DNA of 64,000 nucleotides from Candidatus Levybacteria bacterium CG2_30_37_29 (GTDB lineage: Bacteria; Patescibacteriota; Microgenomatia; Levybacterales; GWA1-39-11): positions 67,654 to 131,653 of the forward strand of contig MNYS01000009.1 of NCBI GenBank assembly GCA_001873215.1, written 5' to 3'. Positions within the stretch are counted from its first letter, which is position 1. Each line of letters begins with the position of its first letter. Under the pieces are notes generated by a model. It was not told the origin of the DNA. It did no database searches and saw nothing but the letters and a program-made list of their open reading frames with translations. Made by a program: the position numbers and the translations under genes. Shown here piece by piece: positions 38,172 through 46,915 of this stretch.

Positions 38172-39221
38172 ATGCTTACATCGGAAGCAAAAATATTATA
38201 TCATATTGATATTATAATTTCTGAATATTTATCATTTCTAGCAAACATATTAAGTGCAATACCTTTGAGGATTGTTGATTATGTAGTGATTTTTACAGGA
38301 ATATTCTTTATTTTTGAAGAAGCTTCTCTTGGTTTTGTTTCATCTTTTTCTCAGCTTATTGCAACAATAGGAGCATTTTTTATTAGCCTTTTTGCTTATT
38401 CTTTTGTGTCCGGGATATTAATATCTAAATTATCTTTACCAAAGGGTTTTTCTGATGCTATAGCTTTCCTTTCCCTTGCTGTATTAATCTATGTGATTAT
38501 TACGACTTTAGCATTTGTTATCAACAAAAAAATCGGCAAAATACATCTCTTACCAAAAGTAAATATTATTGGTGGAATAATTTGTGGAAGCCTTTCTTAC
38601 TTTTTTATATCCGCATGCATTATTGCTATTCTTTTATCTTTCCCCGTAAGTCAAGTTGTAAAAGATTCTATCAGCAATTCATTAATCGGAGGATTTCTTG
38701 TTTCTCGTACGCAAACAATTGAAAGAAGTATAAAAGTTGTTTTTGGTGGCGCAATTGATGAGACAATTAACTTTTTAACAATAAAGCCCGGTTCAAGTGA
38801 TACGGTCAGCCTTAACTTTAAAACAAAAAATTTTAAAATAGACGTTTTTTCAGAAAACAAAATGCTTGAGATGTTAAATGAATTTAGAACAAAAAATGGC
38901 CTTGAATCGTTGAGTAAAGACGATACACTTACTAATGCGGCAACAGTTCATGCAAAAGACATGTTGATAAATGGGTATTTTTCTCACTACTCTCTTGAGG
39001 GATATTCACCTTTTGATAGGCTTGAAGCGCTTCGCATACAGTATTCTTCGGCAGGAGAAAATTTAGCATTTGCGCCGGACGTACAAATTGCAATGGATGG
39101 GCTTGAAAAAAGTCCGGGGCACCGCGAAAATATGCTTTCTTCCAAGTTTAAAAAAATAGGCATAGCAGTTTTGGATGCCGGGATGTTCGGAAAGATATTT
39201 GTCCAAGAATTTACCGATTAG
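38172..39221 (+). CDS. CvpA-family membrane domain fused to a CAP (SCP/PR-1/YkwD-like) domain
   Basis: 349 aa. N-terminal 4-TM CvpA-like block. C-terminal LNEFRTKNGL...GHYSH-like...AGENLAF...GHRENML CAP motifs. Confidence 0.55.
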   Translation: MLTSEAKILYHIDIIISEYLSFLANILSAIPLRIVDYVVIFTGIFFIFEEASLGFVSSFSQLIATIGAFFISLFAYSFVSGILISKLSLPKGFSDAIAFLSLAVLIYVIITTLAFVINKKIGKIHLLPKVNIIGGIICGSLSYFFISACIIAILLSFPVSQVVKDSISNSLIGGFLVSRTQTIERSIKVVFGGAIDETINFLTIKPGSSDTVSLNFKTKNFKIDVFSENKMLEMLNEFRTKNGLESLSKDDTLTNAATVHAKDMLINGYFSHYSLEGYSPFDRLEALRIQYSSAGENLAFAPDVQIAMDGLEKSPGHRENMLSSKFKKIGIAVLDAGMFGKIFVQEFTD

Positions 39222-41017
39222 TATCTGCTTGCGCGAAGAGCATTTATTATAACCGCTACATCAATTGTCTCTTGAAAAAAAGCGCCAAAAACCGGAGGAA
39301 TCATGCCGATTGATGCAAAAATCATTCCGCCAATACTTAAACCAATACCCCACCCTATGCTTTGAAGAGCAATGTGAATCGTTCGCTTGGAGATGTTAAT
39401 AGAATCAAGGACTAAAGAGAAATCGTTTCCCAGAAATACGATATCTGATGCTTCAGAGGCAGCTGTTTGTTCTTCGTTGCTAAAAACAATTCCAACATCA
39501 GACAAAGCCAAGGCCGGCGCATCGTTTATTCCGTCCCCCACCATTACAGTTATTTTGCCCTGTTTTCTTAATTCTTTTATTCCTTCCTGTTTGTCTTTTG
39601 GAGTACATTCTGCTTGAACAGTTACCTCTCCTCCCAAAACATCAGCTACTTTTTGTGCTGCCGCAATTTTGTCTCCTGTAAAAATATGGATACTTATTCC
39701 GAGCTTTTTTAGCTTATCAATTATTGTTTTTGATTCTTGTTTTATTTCATCCTCAAATTTAAATACCGCCAATTTATTTTTTCCTTCAGACAAGGCAATA
39801 GACATTCCTTCATCGCTATGTTCCTTTGCAAGCGTATATGTCTTGCCTTTTATTTTTCCGCTAATTCCTGATCCAACAACTTCTTTAATATTTGATGCCA
39901 TAAGAACATTCCCGTGTTTTTCTTTTGCAAAAATAACAATCGCTTTTGCAAGAGGATGAAGAGAATTTCTTTCTATTGCTTCTGAGATTCCAAGAATTTC
40001 TTTTTGGTCGTAGTCACTTGAATATGAAATATATTTTGTTAACTTAGGCTTACCAAGTGTAATTGTTCCTGTTTTATCAAAAATAAAAGTGTTTGCCCGC
40101 GATAAAATTTCAATACTCGCAAGTTTTTTTACAATAATTCTTCTTTTTGCTGCCGCGCTAACTCCTCCAAGAAGTGCTATGGGCGTTGCAAGAATAAGAG
40201 GACAAGGGGTTGCGATAACAAGAACTGCTAAAACATACTGCATGCTGTGTGAATTAAAATAAGCGAATACTGCAATAATAGCCGTAATCAGGGTAAAAAT
40301 CGTACTATACTTATCCGCAAGGCGCACAAGCGGGGCTTTTTCCTCCTGTGCCGACTTCACCAAATTTATAATTTTGTTATAAGTAGAGTTTTGTTGGGTT
40401 TTTGTAACTTTTATTACGATAGGATCTCCTATATTAATTGTTCCGCTTCTTATTTGGTCACCTTTTATTTTTTCCATCAAATAAGGTTCTCCTGTAAGTG
40501 AGGATTCGTCAGTTAATGCTGTTTCAGAAATCAATATTCCGTCAAGTCCAATTACTTCTCCTTTTCGGATAAATATTTCCTGTCCTATTTTTATATTTCC
40601 AATTTTCTCCTTTTTGTTGGCAATTCCTCCTTCCCATAAAACTATGTCGTTTGGAATTCTGTCAACAAGTTTTGTAAGACTTTTTTTTGCTTGTGCTACT
40701 CCATACTCTTCAAGGGTCCTTCCACTTGCAATCATTAATGCAATAATTGAAGCTACAAAATATTCATTGGTTACAACAGAGATAACTATCGCAAGAATAG
40801 CTATATAATCAAGGGCAAAGTGTTTTTTAAGAATTGAAATTGCTGTTTCTTGAAAAAGACGGTAACTTCCGAGAAATATTATAAATATAATTAATATATT
40901 TGAAATTATCTTCTCGCCTGCAAAATTTAGAACTAAAAAAACAATAATTCCAATAAAAACCAAAATTGGAATCCGGAAACTTTTAAAAAGATTATTGATA
41001 TTGTCGTTATTTTTCAT
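39218..41017 (-). CDS. P1B-type heavy-metal-translocating P-type ATPase (no N-terminal HMA domain)
   Basis: 599 aa. CPL (CPx) motif in a TM helix. DKTGTIT. GDGINDAPAL. Confidence 0.8.
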   Translation of the reverse strand: MKNNDNINNLFKSFRIPILVFIGIIVFLVLNFAGEKIISNILIIFIIFLGSYRLFQETAISILKKHFALDYIAILAIVISVVTNEYFVASIIALMIASGRTLEEYGVAQAKKSLTKLVDRIPNDIVLWEGGIANKKEKIGNIKIGQEIFIRKGEVIGLDGILISETALTDESSLTGEPYLMEKIKGDQIRSGTINIGDPIVIKVTKTQQNSTYNKIINLVKSAQEEKAPLVRLADKYSTIFTLITAIIAVFAYFNSHSMQYVLAVLVIATPCPLILATPIALLGGVSAAAKRRIIVKKLASIEILSRANTFIFDKTGTITLGKPKLTKYISYSSDYDQKEILGISEAIERNSLHPLAKAIVIFAKEKHGNVLMASNIKEVVGSGISGKIKGKTYTLAKEHSDEGMSIALSEGKNKLAVFKFEDEIKQESKTIIDKLKKLGISIHIFTGDKIAAAQKVADVLGGEVTVQAECTPKDKQEGIKELRKQGKITVMVGDGINDAPALALSDVGIVFSNEEQTAASEASDIVFLGNDFSLVLDSINISKRTIHIALQSIGWGIGLSIGGMIFASIGMIPPVFGAFFQETIDVAVIINALRASRY

Positions 41018-41022
41018 GATAA

Positions 41023-43734
41023 TTAACGTTTTATTAATTTTATTTTATATTCCTTATCTTGTATAAGAGTATCCTCTATGATAATCATATTTTCCGCAAG
41101 AGTTGCGTTTTCTACTTCTTGAGGAGCATATCCTTGAGGGTAATGAAACCTTAAAACGAATGGATAGTCTTCTGTGCCTGGCTGTTTCACAACAAGCAAG
41201 GAATATGTAAAAAGAGAAAGGTTTTTTGGCATTTCCGCACCATTTTTATAAGTTACATCTATCTTTTGGTCTGTTTGCTTTTTTGTTGTTGTAACAAAGC
41301 CAAATTTTTGCAGTCCGTCTCCTTCGCGATCTACCTCAAGTCCATCCGGAGGCTTGAAATTTTTTGATTCATAGATACGGAAATCCGTAATAGCTGGTGT
41401 AATCGTTTGTTTTTTTCCATCAAGAAAAATATCTTGTAGCCCGCTTTGCGGTGGAGAAATAAAACGTGCGTAAAAAAGATAATCTTTGGATGAAGGTTTT
41501 GAATTTAAAATTAAAAGCGTTGCTTTTGAATTTATTTTGTTGTCTGAAAAATAAACATCGTATTCTACTTTTCTACTTAAAGAAATGTTTGCTTTGTTAA
41601 CGCCGATATTTGCCTCGTTAACAGAAAATGTGTCATAAACAGTGTTATCATTTTTAATCCGTGGATCATAAAATCCTCCAGAAAAAGAATTTACTTGAAA
41701 TACTTTTTGTATAGAAGTTGTGTTAAATGCAAAAAGAATATGTTTTGTCGGAAGAAGTTCGGTAACCAGCTGACCTGTTTTATATATGTTATTTGGGTTT
41801 TCTTCAAGCCTCAAAGACAATTTATTAAATAAAGAAGTTAATAATTCTTTTTTCTTGCTTGTGCCAGGAAAAAAATCTTTATCAATTGTATCTTGAAGAA
41901 ATTCAAAAGTATTATTTTCATCAAGTTTTTTTTGGTAACCCGCGATGTCTATCGGTCCCAAAATTTTTATAAGTCTTCTGACTGCTTCAAAATCAATTGC
42001 TATAACTCCATCGACTTTTTTTCCTGTTTCAAGATTATATAAAAGTGCTGCGGTGCTCGCGCTATTCTCAAAGTCCAATGAAAAGTTACTATCGCGCAAA
42101 TACAAATGTTTTTGTAAATATCGTCTAACTATATATGGTGGTTCAACATGAGCTTTAAGTTGCCCATCACCCGTATATACATCTTCGATAGAAAACTTTG
42201 AAAGCTTGCCCTTGGAAAATGTAGCTTCTCCAATTGATCCGATAAATCCACCGTTAGGTCTTAGCTCTCCATTGTTTTGAAAAAGAAGAAGGTATGTTTT
42301 GTCACGGTCATATCCTAGGATTTGCAAAGCCTGTTCCCCAATGCTTATAAGGCGGGAATATTTTTCGTTAATATAATTATCAAATATTTTTGTGTTGATG
42401 ACTGTTCTTAATTTCTCAACTTCAAAATATAAAAAAGATATATTTGCTATGGTTTGTGAAAAGGTTTTGGCGTCAAGTCCTGAGCCAACCTTTTGAATTG
42501 TATTAAGATTATCAGATGCAAGAATAAGGAGGTCGGATGCATCAGTAATATTTTTAAACTTTGAATATTCTGCATCAATTATTGGAATAGTTCCTAATTT
42601 TCCGAGAAGCAAAATACCCGGTTTTATAATTGAAAGGAGTGTTCTTGCTGATGAAATTGATTTTTTTGCCGCAGAAAAATCATTTTTTTCAAAAGCGCTT
42701 GATGCATTTTTAAATTCAAATATTACAGCCGCCATTGCAATAATATGAATAATTATAAAAACAAAAAAAGAAAATATAAAAATGAAAAGCAATTTCTTTT
42801 TGGAGAAAATAGGAGTTTTGCGTGATGAATGTATTTTTTCATTTTTTGGTATGTCTGCATCGCTTGTTTCAAGAGGAATTGTTGTTTGACCTGCCTGCCG
42901 GTAGGCAAGGTTTTGATCTTTGGTGTTAATACTTTTTTCAAAACCCAAAAAATATTTATCAAGAAATTGAGGCTTTACAACAAGCTTTGAGCTTATCTCC
43001 TCATCTATTTCTGAAAATGATTTAGACGTATCTTTTTCTCCATTTCCTTCTTGAAAATCAATGGACAGATCACTTTCCACTCTTTTTAATAGGTGTGCGG
43101 CAGAAATAACTGTTTGTGGATGACTGTAGAAAAGATAGAAAAAGTTATTATTTTTTCGTGAACCGAATAATATATGATGAATTCCGGTTATTGCATCCGC
43201 AACGCTAATTGGGAAAACGGGAGTTAAGTCGTTTCCTGAGAAAATTATTTTTTTGTTTTTGGTTGCATTTCGAATAATTTTGGCAATATTGGAAGTGGAA
43301 AAAGAAGGACCTTCCCCAAATACATCTCCCAAAAACCCAAAAAACAAATTATGTTCTTTTTTCCATTCCAAAAGAATGTCATAAAATAATTCCCGCAAAC
43401 CGATATCAATAAGAATTAATATTTTAGCATTGTCCTTTTTTAGTTTTGAAAGTACATGTGCAATATATTTTCTATCTTTTTGGTCTTCCAGAAAAATCAA
43501 ACCGTATTCAATTTCATCTTCAAGATTATTTAAAAGATATGAGGAATCAGGAAGTATGCGGTAATAATTTTCCGAAGACGACGCGGCTTCTTGGGAACTC
43601 TCACATACATGGGCTATTTTGAAATCATCTCGTAGCCTTTCAAGCAACACTGGAATAAGAGGATTGGAATTACCGCAAAGTAGAAGAATCGGTTTTTTTT
43701 TAGTATGTTCTTCAATATTGAATGTTTCGGGCAT
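41023..43734 (-). CDS. large bitopic membrane protein: cytoplasmic Rossmann-like N-domain, single TM, large extracytoplasmic domain (possibly DUF4012-like)
   Basis: 903 aa. Single hydrophobic helix near residues 300-330. Extracytoplasmic region contains NGGFIGSIGEATF. No catalytic motifs recognised. Confidence 0.35.
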   Translation of the reverse strand: MPETFNIEEHTKKKPILLLCGNSNPLIPVLLERLRDDFKIAHVCESSQEAASSSENYYRILPDSSYLLNNLEDEIEYGLIFLEDQKDRKYIAHVLSKLKKDNAKILILIDIGLRELFYDILLEWKKEHNLFFGFLGDVFGEGPSFSTSNIAKIIRNATKNKKIIFSGNDLTPVFPISVADAITGIHHILFGSRKNNNFFYLFYSHPQTVISAAHLLKRVESDLSIDFQEGNGEKDTSKSFSEIDEEISSKLVVKPQFLDKYFLGFEKSINTKDQNLAYRQAGQTTIPLETSDADIPKNEKIHSSRKTPIFSKKKLLFIFIFSFFVFIIIHIIAMAAVIFEFKNASSAFEKNDFSAAKKSISSARTLLSIIKPGILLLGKLGTIPIIDAEYSKFKNITDASDLLILASDNLNTIQKVGSGLDAKTFSQTIANISFLYFEVEKLRTVINTKIFDNYINEKYSRLISIGEQALQILGYDRDKTYLLLFQNNGELRPNGGFIGSIGEATFSKGKLSKFSIEDVYTGDGQLKAHVEPPYIVRRYLQKHLYLRDSNFSLDFENSASTAALLYNLETGKKVDGVIAIDFEAVRRLIKILGPIDIAGYQKKLDENNTFEFLQDTIDKDFFPGTSKKKELLTSLFNKLSLRLEENPNNIYKTGQLVTELLPTKHILFAFNTTSIQKVFQVNSFSGGFYDPRIKNDNTVYDTFSVNEANIGVNKANISLSRKVEYDVYFSDNKINSKATLLILNSKPSSKDYLFYARFISPPQSGLQDIFLDGKKQTITPAITDFRIYESKNFKPPDGLEVDREGDGLQKFGFVTTTKKQTDQKIDVTYKNGAEMPKNLSLFTYSLLVVKQPGTEDYPFVLRFHYPQGYAPQEVENATLAENMIIIEDTLIQDKEYKIKLIKR

Positions 43735-43792
43735 GGTAATTTAATTCTAGTGAAAAGTGGACTAATTGTCTATATTAATTGAGGAAAGTGTG

Positions 43793-44224
43793 TTAAATTT
43801 TGTGGTCAAGAGCCAAGTTTACCATTCTGTCTGCTGCAAAATTTTTCTCTCGCGGAATGGCGTGATAAAAAATTTTTCCTTCTAATTTTTCCTCAAGACT
43901 TTTTATGGTAAAAAACAGACTTCTCAAATTCTCATTTTTTATTTTCCAAAGTCCACCCAATTGGGATGCGACAAGTTGTGAATCAAGAAAAAACTGTACG
44001 GTAATATTGTCTTTATCAACATTTTTTACAAGCCATTGGAGCGCAGCAACAACACCTGAATATTCCGCGACATTATTGGTATTTATTCCAATTCTTTTTC
44101 CTTCTTGGTAAATAATTTCGTTTTCCCCGTCTTGCACAACAAATCCATACGCCGCTTCTCCTGGGTTTCCCCGCGACCCGCCATCGGTAAATATAATAAA
44201 ATCCGGTTTGTTAGTTGAATTCAT
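43793..44224 (-). CDS. rnhA: ribonuclease HI
   Basis: 143 aa. FTDGGSRGNPGEAAYGFVV catalytic DxxG...E pattern. Confidence 0.85.
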   Translation of the reverse strand: MNSTNKPDFIIFTDGGSRGNPGEAAYGFVVQDGENEIIYQEGKRIGINTNNVAEYSGVVAALQWLVKNVDKDNITVQFFLDSQLVASQLGGLWKIKNENLRSLFFTIKSLEEKLEGKIFYHAIPREKNFAADRMVNLALDHKI

Positions 44225-45468
44225 ATATTTTTCGTCCTTTGTAATGCTAAATATACCACCATTCCGCTAAAAACAATTCCCTCACAAATAACTGTTATAA
44301 CAGATGCGGCAATATAAGAATAGTGGGGGATATAAAAAATGTTTAAGACAATATTTAAAAACAGTGAAAAAAGATAAAGAAAAATTAAAAACATTTTTTT
44401 GTTTTCTATAACAAGAACCCATTGTAAAATACTTGTTAAGAAAAAAAACGGAAGTGATAATGAAAGTATTCTAATTGGAAGAATTACATAAGAAAGCTCG
44501 GGTTTTAATACGGGTAGTAAGGGTGATAGAAAAAAAACAAAAAATATAAAAACAATCGAGATAAGAGTTAGTAGAAAAGAATAACGCTTAATATCCCGAT
44601 AGAAAAATGATGTAGATTTTTTTTCAAGAAGAAGAGGGTAAATGCTGTTTGCAAAAAAAGCAGGAATAGCAATAAGGAATTCAAAGATGCGATAGGAAAA
44701 TCCATAGATACCAATATCTCCTGTTGGTCTTAAAAATGACAAAATAACAGTGTCGGCTTTTGCATAAATCAAATTAAAAAGAAGAATTAATCCAAGAGGA
44801 GCAGAGGAAAAAAGAAGAGGTTTTGAAAATTTGAAAAAATTGTGTACCTTTTTTTTCACAGGAAATTTTTTCAAAACCGAAAAGAAAAGTAAAACACCGA
44901 ATAAAATTCCGGACATAACATAAGATAAAAGAATAATATAAATATTTTGTAAAAAGGTTCCGGCGAGGACAAAAGAAAGCAATGTTACAGATGTAATAAA
45001 TGAAGGAATAATTGATGTTTTGTAATTTTTTGTTTTCTGCTGAATTGCAGCAAATGAAATTGCAAGCCCTTGAGTAAAAAGAGTAAAAGAATAAATAAGT
45101 ATTCCAATTTTTTCAAACGGTGAAAATCCGATAGAAGATGCTGCGTTATAGGGAAGAACAATCGTTATAAGTCCTATGCAAATATATAAAATTAAAGAAA
45201 GCAAAAACCGTAACAAAATAAGATTTATAAAATTTTTTTCAATCTCCTCGCGTGTTTTTTGGATAAAAATTCCGTTAATTCCAAAATCAACCGCCAAGTA
45301 AAATAGTGATACAAAAGTTACAATTTTTGTAAAACTTCCAAAAAGTGAAATTCCAAGAAAATAGGAAATAAGAAGGGTTACGATTAAAGTTGAAAAACTT
45401 GATAAAAATCTCACGGTTAATTGAGAAATGGTGTTGGTAAAAATATTTCTTAGCCCGAGATTTTCCAT
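44221..45468 (-). CDS. Wzx-like (MOP superfamily) polysaccharide/oligosaccharide flippase
   Basis: 415 aa, about 12 TM helices. N-terminus MENLGLRNIFTNTISQ... typical of polysaccharide biosynthesis proteins. Confidence 0.5.
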   Translation of the reverse strand: MENLGLRNIFTNTISQLTVRFLSSFSTLIVTLLISYFLGISLFGSFTKIVTFVSLFYLAVDFGINGIFIQKTREEIEKNFINLILLRFLLSLILYICIGLITIVLPYNAASSIGFSPFEKIGILIYSFTLFTQGLAISFAAIQQKTKNYKTSIIPSFITSVTLLSFVLAGTFLQNIYIILLSYVMSGILFGVLLFFSVLKKFPVKKKVHNFFKFSKPLLFSSAPLGLILLFNLIYAKADTVILSFLRPTGDIGIYGFSYRIFEFLIAIPAFFANSIYPLLLEKKSTSFFYRDIKRYSFLLTLISIVFIFFVFFLSPLLPVLKPELSYVILPIRILSLSLPFFFLTSILQWVLVIENKKMFLIFLYLFSLFLNIVLNIFYIPHYSYIAASVITVICEGIVFSGMVVYLALQRTKNI

Positions 45469-45470
45469 AA
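45436..45470. repeat. direct repeat (flippase gene 5' end), copy 1
   Basis: GGTAAAAATATTTCTTAGCCCGAGATTTTCCATA. A near-identical copy (one mismatch) sits at 46234-46268. Confidence 0.8.
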
Positions 45471-45503
45471 TTTAGATAGTTATATAGATAAATTGGTGCA
45501 TAG

Positions 45504-45881
45504 TTATTTTCTGGTTTTTGTTATTTTATCATTAGAGATTAAAATCACTGAGTTTGCAATAACGCTTCTTTTAATTTTTGGAAGCTGTTTTTTACAAATG
45601 CTATTAATATGTTTAGGTGCGTTTGATCCTACCGTAATAACAACTATCCCTTTAGTTCCCTCTGCTCGCGCCGTAGTATAACCCAAAAAATCACGATCGA
45701 GAGTTATTAGTGTTTTGCCAAGTTTCTTTGCATGCTTTAAATGAGAAATGTCAGGTTTGTTTAAAAAATTATATTCCAAAGCATGTCTTATTGAATAGCC
45801 TAAAGATCGAAGATATAAAACGGTTGTAAAAGGGAAGCACTCATCAGCGTATATTTGTAGATCCGATTTCTTAGAGGGCAT
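45504..45881 (-). CDS. DUF5615-family PIN-like putative toxin
   Basis: 125 aa. LQIYADECFP...LITLDRDFLGY...GIVVI pattern of DUF5615. Overlaps the upstream DUF433 gene by 11 nt. Confidence 0.55.
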   Translation of the reverse strand: MPSKKSDLQIYADECFPFTTVLYLRSLGYSIRHALEYNFLNKPDISHLKHAKKLGKTLITLDRDFLGYTTARAEGTKGIVVITVGSNAPKHINSICKKQLPKIKRSVIANSVILISNDKITKTRK

Positions 45882-46062
45882 ACTGACCAGTGAATTCTCT
45901 GTTCTTTATTTCATCAAGTGCTTTTTTGATATTTTTTTCCTTGATCCAAGGATAAGAAGTAACAAAATCGGAAACGTTATATCCTTCTTTTAGATAATCA
46001 AGCAAGAAAGCTATTGGAATTTTACTTCCCGGAACCAGATTCTTTTTATTTACTGTTTTCAT
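45871..46062 (-). CDS. DUF433-family putative antitoxin
   Basis: 63 aa. VPGSKIPIAFLLDYLKEGYNVSDFVTSYPWI...KALDEI matches the DUF433 signature. Confidence 0.55.
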   Translation of the reverse strand: MKTVNKKNLVPGSKIPIAFLLDYLKEGYNVSDFVTSYPWIKEKNIKKALDEIKNREFTGQYAL

Positions 46063-46233
46063 ATGAAAATTATATCATATCTTGGATTATATTTCCTGTT
46101 TTGGCCGTGAATTGGGTAAAATTATCCCCTTGTAAGCTAGGTGAGTTGCCTCACGCAAGGCATGGAGCCTGCTTTCACTTATAAGGAGCCCATGTAATTA
46201 TATAATAAGCAATATAAAAAAACAAAGTCAAGG

Positions 46234-46268
46234 GGGTAAAAATATTTCTTAGCCCGAGATTCTCCATA
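46234..46268. repeat. direct repeat (flippase gene 5' end), copy 2 (relic)
   Basis: GGTAAAAATATTTCTTAGCCCGAGATTCTCCATA. Includes a relic ATGGAGAATCTCGGGCTAAG start identical to the flippase N-terminus. Confidence 0.8.
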
Positions 46269-46329
46269 TTGACGTAAATTGAATTATATCAGGAATTAGT
46301 TTGCGCGTTAAAGTTTTTTTCAACCAAAA

Positions 46330-46347
46330 TAGTATTTAAATCCCAGC
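46330..46347. repeat. 18-nt direct repeat flanking the GIY-YIG gene (left)
   Basis: TAGTATTTAAATCCCAGC. The right copy TAGTATTTAAATCCTAGC is at 46672-46689. Confidence 0.6.
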
Positions 46348-46357
46348 TGCAAAAAAA

Positions 46358-46633
46358 TTAATAGATTGCTCTGCAGTTTACAAGATCATCCTTTTGTTCA
46401 TGTGTCAATTTTTTCAATTCTTTTTCCCTAAGCATTGCAAAACTTCTTGTTTGGTATGGTTCAATATGGACAAATTTTACAGGTCTGCGAGTTTCAGTAT
46501 AGTTAGCACCGCGAAATTTACCAATACCGTTGTGTTCTTTTTCTCTCTCAACTATATTATCAGTTTGCCCGGTATAATAACTGCCATCTGAGCATTGGGC
46601 GAGATATACATAAAAGACAGGAGGACGAAGCAT
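46358..46633 (-). CDS. GIY-YIG nuclease family small protein (UPF0213/SLX1-like)
   Basis: 91 aa. VFYVYLAQCSDGSYYTGQTDNIVEREKEHN is a GIY-YIG motif with catalytic R/E/N. Confidence 0.75.
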   Translation of the reverse strand: MLRPPVFYVYLAQCSDGSYYTGQTDNIVEREKEHNGIGKFRGANYTETRRPVKFVHIEPYQTRSFAMLREKELKKLTHEQKDDLVNCRAIY

Positions 46634-46671
46634 AATAAAAGAGTAGCACAGAAAGTAGAGAAATGAAAATT

Positions 46672-46689
46672 AGTATTTAAATCCTAGCA
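46672..46689. repeat. 18-nt direct repeat flanking the GIY-YIG gene (right)
   Basis: 17/18 identical to 46330-46347. Confidence 0.6.
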
Positions 46690-46915
46690 GTGGTAAAATA
46701 ACACCAAATTTATATATGAAAATTCAGGATGATATTTTAAGTTATCGCGAGATGTGCGACGCGGAAAACGTACAGACGCTCCAGCGCGGTATGAATTATC
46801 GTTTAAACCCTCAGTATTCTGTGATTCTTATGTCTCAGAGATCAAATGCGCCCTGTTTTTTAATTTGACTTCTTGGCAACCTGTTTTCCCTAATTAGTAG
46901 TGATATACTGGAGCT

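Noticed and set aside
46080-46230. Possible structured ncRNA (SRP RNA, riboswitch or tRNA) in the spacer downstream of the DUF433 gene
   Set aside because: It contains small hairpins (AGGTGAG-TTGC-CTCACG) but none of the conserved strings of SRP, tmRNA, RNase P or known riboswitches that I can recognise, and no tRNA cloverleaf. It is left unannotated.
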